From IMG/VR virus record IMGVR_UViG_3300034023_000183, positions 1-62,865 of that record: 62,865 nt of DNA; one strand, written 5' to 3'. Both the position numbers and the translations under genes were made by a program. The notes under the pieces were generated by a model. That model was given only the letters and a program-made list of their open reading frames with translations. It ran no database searches and was not told the origin of the DNA. Below are positions 56,552 through 62,865 of this stretch, piece by piece. The DNA is from a virus. Its lineage: Duplodnaviria; Caudoviricetes. Positions within the stretch are counted from its first letter, which is position 1, and every line of letters begins with the position of its first letter.

Positions 56552-57301
56552 ATGAAAACAACAAAAACCTATTTACTGGTTAACAAAGCCCCGTTGTCTT
56601 TAATTCTTCAATCTAGAGACAGCAAAAGACGAAGACTTCTTTATAACGATACAGAAAAAAAGAAGCAAAGAAGTTTGCGATATGCAAGCAATCAAGACTC
56701 CCCATTTATTGATGAACAAGATGAAAACTTTATCTGTGAACCTATTGTGTTTGAAGATGGAATTTTAAATGTTCAAGACGATAACTATATCTTAAATAGA
56801 TTTATGGAAATTCATCCAGATAATGTTGCTAATGGAGGGACATTATTTGAATTGTTTGATCCAGAAAAAGAAGCAGCAGAAATGTTGAAGTGGGAAGATC
56901 TTGTTTTAGATGCTAAGATTGCAGCACGAACTATGGAGCCAGACAAGATGGTAGCCATCATTAGAATATTTAAGGATACCAATATCGATCCATCTAAGAT
57001 GACAATTCAAGAATTGCGTTGGGAGGTTCGTCAAATTGCAGAAAGATATCCAGAAGATTTCCTACAAGCTATTGATGATCCAGATTTGTTTGTGGATGAT
57101 CTTGGAGTAAAAGCTATTAACGATGGATTTGTATCTGTTCGAAATGGTGGACGTGATCTTCACTACAACTTAAAAGACAACAAGAAACGAATGTTCTCAG
57201 TTCCTATGGGAGAAGATCCACATAGTGCTTTAGCCGCATGGTTTAAGACAGAGGACGGGCATGAGTTCTATCAATATCTAGTTAATCACTACGAACAATA
57301 A
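56552..57301 (+). CDS. Conserved hypothetical protein following MCP
   Basis: R.LRYA.NQ.SPF.DEQ, I.FEDG.L.V. Confidence 0.6.
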   Translation: MKTTKTYLLVNKAPLSLILQSRDSKRRRLLYNDTEKKKQRSLRYASNQDSPFIDEQDENFICEPIVFEDGILNVQDDNYILNRFMEIHPDNVANGGTLFELFDPEKEAAEMLKWEDLVLDAKIAARTMEPDKMVAIIRIFKDTNIDPSKMTIQELRWEVRQIAERYPEDFLQAIDDPDLFVDDLGVKAINDGFVSVRNGGRDLHYNLKDNKKRMFSVPMGEDPHSALAAWFKTEDGHEFYQYLVNHYEQ

Positions 57302-57306
57302 AATAT

Positions 57307-57346
57307 AGAGGTCGTAAATTGCGACCTCTTTTTTTTATTATCTTTG
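57307..57346 (+). terminator. Terminator followed by TATCTTTG promoter
   Basis: AGAGGTCG-N7-CGACCTCT T7; -7 box at 57339-57346. Confidence 0.7.
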
Positions 57347-57376
57347 CGGTGTTATATAACTAATAAACTATAAAAA

Positions 57377-57691
57377 ATGGAAAAGTTCTTAAAATTAACT
57401 GCTAGCTCTAATGTTACACTTATTAATGTTTCTAGCATTCAGTTTGTTGCTACTACGTTAGCTAATCCTACATTAGTAGATGTATTGATCGGTGCAGGTG
57501 GGGCTACTGCTGGTACTGACACTGTTCGTATCACATCTTCTGCTACTGCCGCTGCCGCTGATCAAGTTGCGTTCCGTGATGCTATATATGCTGCTATCGA
57601 GAATGCTAACAAGGCTACAACAAATCCAGATTCATTTATTGTCCCTGTATTGCCTACTGGTACTACTATCGCAAGTGTAGCTTCAGCGTAA
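57377..57691 (+). CDS. Ala/Thr-rich small structural (decoration-like) protein
   Basis: Own promoter and terminator; biased codons. Confidence 0.45.
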   Translation: MEKFLKLTASSNVTLINVSSIQFVATTLANPTLVDVLIGAGGATAGTDTVRITSSATAAAADQVAFRDAIYAAIENANKATTNPDSFIVPVLPTGTTIASVASA

Positions 57692-57722
57692 GCTTAAACT
57701 AACATTACAATAAATCTATTGA

Positions 57723-57763
57723 AAGGGTAGTCGCCAAGCGTCTGCCCTTTTTTATTATCTTTG
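57723..57763 (+). terminator. Terminator followed by TATCTTTG promoter
   Basis: AAGGGTAG/CTGCCCTT stem plus T run; -7 box at 57756-57763. Confidence 0.6.
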
Positions 57764-57768
57764 CAGAT

Positions 57769-58482
57769 ATGATTAACACTATCCGAAATACCGTCTTATC
57801 GATCATAAGTAAGGATAACCGTGGGTACATCACTCCAGAGGAATTCAACTTGTTCGCACGTCAAGCACAGCTAGAGATTTTCAAGCAGTACTTCTATGAC
57901 TTTGGTCGTGATTTAATCAAGCAGAACGCTCGATTGGTTACGTCTGAGTATTCAGACCATGTTGAGAGAATGGAACACGTTATAAATACGTTCACGGTAA
58001 ACAACGAGGTTCTAGGTTACAACGCAATGAGTGGCAAGTTTTATTTACAAGGAGTAATTGGAAGTCCTACATTGTTTAAGGTAAACAGACTTGTTTACAA
58101 TTTGAATACAGAGATCGAGCAGGTTAGTCAGTACAAGATAATGAACTTAAATGCATCATTGCTTACTGCTCCGTCGTTGAAGTATCCAGCATATATTCTT
58201 GATGAGAATGGGTACAGTGTTTATCCAACAAGCATTACGAGTAATGTTACGATTAATTATATACGCACTCCAATAGATCCTAAGTGGACTTATACGATGG
58301 TTGGAAACGTACCATTGTTTAATCCAGCACAACAAGACTACCGAGACTTCGAGCTTCCAGTAAGTGAGGGTCCATTGTTGGCTGTTAAGATTCTTCAGTA
58401 TGCTGGATTGTCTATCCGTGAGGCAGACGTTGTGCAGGCTATGGAGAGTGAGGAAGCGATTGATATACAAAAAAAGGCATAA
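57769..58482 (+). CDS. Head-tail ring/adaptor protein
   Basis: K.NRGYITP.EFN.FA.QAQ.EIF, Y.R.P.DP.W, DFEL. Confidence 0.65.
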   Translation: MINTIRNTVLSIISKDNRGYITPEEFNLFARQAQLEIFKQYFYDFGRDLIKQNARLVTSEYSDHVERMEHVINTFTVNNEVLGYNAMSGKFYLQGVIGSPTLFKVNRLVYNLNTEIEQVSQYKIMNLNASLLTAPSLKYPAYILDENGYSVYPTSITSNVTINYIRTPIDPKWTYTMVGNVPLFNPAQQDYRDFELPVSEGPLLAVKILQYAGLSIREADVVQAMESEEAIDIQKKA

Positions 58483-58485
58483 CAG

Positions 58486-59394
58486 ATGGCATACATTAGT
58501 AACTATCAGTACTACACAAACGGGGGCGTAACACCTACAGATGAAAACTGGGGTGAGTACCAGTATGTGTCGTTGCATGACATCGTGAATGACTTCATGT
58601 TGATGAATGTTGGACCAGACAAGTTGGTAGACAATGTTAAGCGATATGAGGTCTTGTATTATGCAAAGGACGCAGTTAAGGAGTTGAACTTTGATGCTAT
58701 GCGTAACATCAAAGTCATCGAGATTAATGTTGGTGACAACCTTAAGATGATACTTCCTCCAGACTATGTGGACTATATACGTATATCTTTGAACGTGGAC
58801 GGACAACTTTATCCATTGACAGAGAACAGCAGAGTATTGTCTGCTAGTGCATATCTACAAGACAACAACAATGAGGTTCTATTTGATTTAGATGGAGAGG
58901 TGTTGACTGGTACATCTGTTCTAGACATCAAACGTCTTGAGCAGCATACATACTGGGGTCCTGGAATATACAACGGATGCCAGGGATGGTGCTGGGGCGA
59001 CAACTGGTACTTTAGCTATCGAATTGGTTCACGCTACGGCATGGATCCATCTGAGGCAAACATCAATCCTAAGTTCCGTGTAAACCGTTCGGCTGGTGTC
59101 ATTGACTTCAGCTCTATGCGTGCAAACAGCTTGATCGTTATCGAGTATGTATCTGACGGCATGGAGAACGGTGACGATGACATGATACAGATCAACAAGT
59201 TTGCAGAGCGATTTGTAAAGGCACACATAAAATACATGCTGATGACCAACAAGGCATCGGTAAACGAATATATTGTAAGACGTACACAGACAGAGCGTAA
59301 GGCTGAACTGCGTAACGCAAGAATTAGAATGAGTAATATTCACCCGTCTAGACTCCTCATGACATTGAGAGGTCAAGGCAAATGGATTAAATAA
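58486..59394 (+). CDS. Tail ring/tubular protein
   Basis: WG.YQY.SL..IV..F, LP.DYV.Y.RIS, EY.SDG, A.IR.SN. Confidence 0.65.
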   Translation: MAYISNYQYYTNGGVTPTDENWGEYQYVSLHDIVNDFMLMNVGPDKLVDNVKRYEVLYYAKDAVKELNFDAMRNIKVIEINVGDNLKMILPPDYVDYIRISLNVDGQLYPLTENSRVLSASAYLQDNNNEVLFDLDGEVLTGTSVLDIKRLEQHTYWGPGIYNGCQGWCWGDNWYFSYRIGSRYGMDPSEANINPKFRVNRSAGVIDFSSMRANSLIVIEYVSDGMENGDDDMIQINKFAERFVKAHIKYMLMTNKASVNEYIVRRTQTERKAELRNARIRMSNIHPSRLLMTLRGQGKWIK

Positions 59395-62300
59395 TGCCAG
59401 ATATTAGCAATACTTTCGTCTCTGGGATCATGAATAAAGATCTCGACGATAGACTTGTACCTAATGGTACTTTCCGAGATGCTTTAAATATTGATGTAGA
59501 CACTTCGAGTAGTGGAAATGTTGGTATGGCCCAAAACGTGATGGGTAACGTCCTTGTTGAGGACTTGTCTGTTATTTCTGGTCAGTCTATTGTTGATGCT
59601 CGTACTATAGGTGCGATAACTCATGAGTCAACTGGGCTTATCTACTGGTTCGTAGCGTCTGATTATTTTGATGGTATATACGAGTACAACGCACAGGAGG
59701 GAACAATGGTGCGTGTATTGCAGTCTAACAAGGTTGATCCTAATACGCCATCACAGCTGAACTTCCGAAAGGAGTACTGCATAACTGGTGTGAACTATAT
59801 TCTAGGTGACAACACGGACAACTATTTGTTCTGGACGGATGACTACAATCCACCACGACGAATAAACATTGCCAGAGCAAAGGCGTACAATGTGAATGAC
59901 TATCGTATCGACATGGATATTGATGTGATACTTGAGCCGCCTTTATATGCACCTAGCATCGAGCCGTTCATTGATACTGATGGGGCAGATGCTCAAGCAT
60001 CCAACATGCTAGATAAGTTTATGTATTTTGCATACAGATATAAGTATATTGACGGACAGTATAGCTCTTTGTCTCCATTCTCGGCTGTAGCTTTTGGACC
60101 AAAGGATTATTATTACGACTACGGTGTAGGTAACAATAAGTCAATGACCAACAAGTACAACTCAGTACGTGTGTCATTTGAGACTGGTAATGAGTTTGTT
60201 GAAGAGGTACAGCTAGTTGTGCGTGACACAAAGTCTATCAATGTATCAATTGTTGATACATACTCTAAGCCATTATTGTTGATACCAGACAACTTTTCTT
60301 TTAGAATAACATTTACAAATAATAAGATATATGCTGCCCTTCCACAAGAGCAGGTGACACGATTATTTGACAACGTACCGTTATTGGCAAAGGCACAAGA
60401 TGTTGTTGGTAATCGCATAGCATATGGTAACTATGTACAGTTTCAAGATATAATAGACTGTAATGGGGATGATATAAGTATAAACTTTTCGTTGTCATTA
60501 ACATCAACAGAGGCTGATTTTGAAGATCCTAAACCAACATGGAGATCAGATAGAGATTATGAGTTTGGTATTGTATATCTTGATGACTATGGACGCATGA
60601 CTACTGTTCTTGCTAGTCAAAACAACTCTATAAATGTACCTCCAGTTAATGCGATTAGTGCAAATACAATTTCACTTCGTCTAAGTAGTTCTCCACCATG
60701 TTGGGCTACTCACTATCGTATTGTCGTTAAACAAGCAAAGAAATCATACTATAATGTTTTTCCAACATTATTTTATTCTAATGGCCCATTTAGATATTTT
60801 TTAATAAATGAATCAGACAAAGATAAGATAAGAGTAAATAATTATGTTATTTTTAAATCTACACTATCTGGACCTTATCTTTCTAATAAAAAATATAAAA
60901 TTTTAGAATTAGAAAGTAAAACTCAGAATTTTTTAAGTGGCGGATCAAATGAAGTCCCTGGATTGTATTTTAAAATAAAAGTAGATGATAATTCTGAGTT
61001 TAACAATTCAGCTTTATTTATATATCAAAAAACATCAAATGGAATAGGTTTAGGTACATCAGTAGCTCCTACTCCAGTTACTAATACGTTTGCTGCTGTT
61101 GAGATAGCTATTCATTATGGATCTGGTGATCCAAATGCATTATATTCTTTGCCTCAAAATCCTAATCCAGATTTATCTGACATGAGGTATACTGTTCAAA
61201 TAGTAGATCAAAATACATTTAAATATACAGTTGATCCACAAGCTGGCTCTGGATGGATATACGAGCCTATATCTACATCTTCTCCAATAGGTTTATATAG
61301 AGATTCTAGTTTTAATATAGGGTGTTATATACAATTTAATCAACAAACTGTGTATACTGTTGGTGATAAATGGAAAATAAATGTTAGATCTCAAGGGCAA
61401 TTAGGAGCAAATAACATAATAGGTAACTATTTTGCTGGATGGGGAATACCGTATAATCCAGAAATAAATCAAACAAGTTCTTATTTGTCGTTTCCAACAA
61501 ATATAGGTGGATTTTGTGTTTTACAAGATAACACTTTTTCTGTTCCATCTCCTTTATATGATAGGCCTATATTTACTGGAGCAATAATAAATATTGAAAT
61601 TAAACAAGATAGCAATAATGCATCTGAACAGGCTGGAATTCAAACATTTATATCTCCTAGCAATTATAAAAATATAGAAGAATGGTTCGTTGAATCTGGA
61701 GCTTTCAGCAATTTTATATATTACGACAATAACGGTAATAATATTGGGGCTAGATCTGTTACTTTTAGAAGGGGAAGCAGCTATGTTGCACAACAATTTT
61801 CAAGCAATTTAGTAGTTCAAAGTTCTTATATAATTCAAGGATCTTATCAAGATCCAGTATATATGATAATTCAAGGATTTGGAGAAACGACTAGTACAAA
61901 TATAAACTCTATGACTGTAGACTTTTCTATACAGCAACAAGAGATTCCTAATATATGTGAAACAGTTCCAGTTGAAACAGATGTAGATATCTACCATGAA
62001 CTGTTCCAGACGTATCCTATTATAGACAATAAGCACGTTGTTCTATGGGACTATGATGACTACCAATTTGTTGATGGAGGACCATTTAGTGGATACACAA
62101 GACTTTTACAGCTTGATTCAGAGAGACCTAAAAAGAGACCTCATTATTTTAATCCTGGAGATGTAGTTTATGTTAACCCATCGGCAGGACCAATGCCAGA
62201 TGGAGCATACACTGTACTTTCCGTAGAAAATTTGTACTCTATAATTGTTGAGCTAGGATTCCCAGGTGCTGGAGGAATAACTCCAGGAACTGTGAAGTTT

Positions 62301-62865
62301 GATGGATCATTGGAGCAAGACCAAGGCAACATATTTACGCCAGCTGTTATAGAGATAAACAAGCCTCAAAGTTTCAATACAGAGTTTAGTGCTTGGTGCT
62401 GGGGTAATGGTCTTGAGTCAGACAGAATATACGATGACTTTAACGAGACAGAGAAAGACTTCAGCGTTCGTGTAACTACGCCAGTTGAGGACTACAAGCA
62501 AGTACGCAGTGAGGCATCTATATGCTACAGCGGAATATTCAAGCAAGGATCTGGTATAAACAGAATGAACGAGTTTAACTTGTCTTTATCTAACTTTAAG
62601 TATCTTGACAGAGACTTTGGTTCGATTCAGAAGTTGTACGCACGAAATACAGACTTGGTTGTGTTCCAACAGAGCAAGGTGTCTAACGTGTTGTACGAGA
62701 AGAACGTTATGTTTGACTCTGTAGGTGGCGGACAGGTTGTATCTATACCAGAAGTTTTAGGTACACAGATACCTATGGCTGGTGAGTACGGAATAAGCAA
62801 CAACCCAGAGTCATTCGATAACTGGGGTCAGTTTGTATTCTTTACTGACGCTAGAAAAGGTTTGG
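59394..62865 (+). CDS. Tail stabilisation (muzzle) protein, N-terminal ~1150 aa; open to the window end and continues at position 1
   Basis: MNKDLDDRLVP.G..RDA.N, LFWTD.YNPPR.IN, F.YRYKY.DG.YS, FDNVP..AKAQ...GNR..YGNY, GNG.ES..I.DDFN, YGIS.NPES; absent from the ORF track because no stop is reached. Confidence 0.8.
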   Translation, partial: MPDISNTFVSGIMNKDLDDRLVPNGTFRDALNIDVDTSSSGNVGMAQNVMGNVLVEDLSVISGQSIVDARTIGAITHESTGLIYWFVASDYFDGIYEYNAQEGTMVRVLQSNKVDPNTPSQLNFRKEYCITGVNYILGDNTDNYLFWTDDYNPPRRINIARAKAYNVNDYRIDMDIDVILEPPLYAPSIEPFIDTDGADAQASNMLDKFMYFAYRYKYIDGQYSSLSPFSAVAFGPKDYYYDYGVGNNKSMTNKYNSVRVSFETGNEFVEEVQLVVRDTKSINVSIVDTYSKPLLLIPDNFSFRITFTNNKIYAALPQEQVTRLFDNVPLLAKAQDVVGNRIAYGNYVQFQDIIDCNGDDISINFSLSLTSTEADFEDPKPTWRSDRDYEFGIVYLDDYGRMTTVLASQNNSINVPPVNAISANTISLRLSSSPPCWATHYRIVVKQAKKSYYNVFPTLFYSNGPFRYFLINESDKDKIRVNNYVIFKSTLSGPYLSNKKYKILELESKTQNFLSGGSNEVPGLYFKIKVDDNSEFNNSALFIYQKTSNGIGLGTSVAPTPVTNTFAAVEIAIHYGSGDPNALYSLPQNPNPDLSDMRYTVQIVDQNTFKYTVDPQAGSGWIYEPISTSSPIGLYRDSSFNIGCYIQFNQQTVYTVGDKWKINVRSQGQLGANNIIGNYFAGWGIPYNPEINQTSSYLSFPTNIGGFCVLQDNTFSVPSPLYDRPIFTGAIINIEIKQDSNNASEQAGIQTFISPSNYKNIEEWFVESGAFSNFIYYDNNGNNIGARSVTFRRGSSYVAQQFSSNLVVQSSYIIQGSYQDPVYMIIQGFGETTSTNINSMTVDFSIQQQEIPNICETVPVETDVDIYHELFQTYPIIDNKHVVLWDYDDYQFVDGGPFSGYTRLLQLDSERPKKRPHYFNPGDVVYVNPSAGPMPDGAYTVLSVENLYSIIVELGFPGAGGITPGTVKFDGSLEQDQGNIFTPAVIEINKPQSFNTEFSAWCWGNGLESDRIYDDFNETEKDFSVRVTTPVEDYKQVRSEASICYSGIFKQGSGINRMNEFNLSLSNFKYLDRDFGSIQKLYARNTDLVVFQQSKVSNVLYEKNVMFDSVGGGQVVSIPEVLGTQIPMAGEYGISNNPESFDNWGQFVFFTDARKGL

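Noticed and set aside
1-62865. Stop-codon recoding, as in some crAss-like phages
   Set aside because: Long genes are intact in code 11, TAG and TGA serve as real stops, and there is no suppressor tRNA

Overview
The window appears to be a complete, circularly permuted ~62.9 kb lytic podovirus-like phage genome infecting Bacteroidota, with a crAss/phi14:2-like morphogenesis module. The last 10 nt equal the first 10 nt, and the tail stabilisation gene reads in frame across that join. The + strand carries the late genes: GroEL/GroES, tail fibres, lysis genes, terminase, portal, scaffold, major capsid protein, ring proteins, stabilisation protein, putative ejection proteins and a 3295-aa polyvalent protein. 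The - strand carries early and replication genes: a small-ORF array, a tRNA, exonuclease/SSB/primase-helicase, SF2 helicase, VRR-NUC and a phosphoesterase. No integrase, DNA polymerase or virion RNA polymerase is recognisable. Host assignment rests on many TAnnTTTG promoter boxes. The strongest leads are: (1) a mucin-like poly-Thr virion protein coupled to a DxD glycosyltransferase inside the tail locus, a candidate phage O-glycosylation system; (2) an RNA-level control cassette in the early operon (rrn-type boxA, structured leader, tRNA-like minihelices, hammerhead ribozyme); (3) two copies of an iteron/IHF-site origin-like element; (4) a multi-effector polyvalent protein with repeated KKQ linkers. 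All product calls come from motif recognition by eye, not from database searches.
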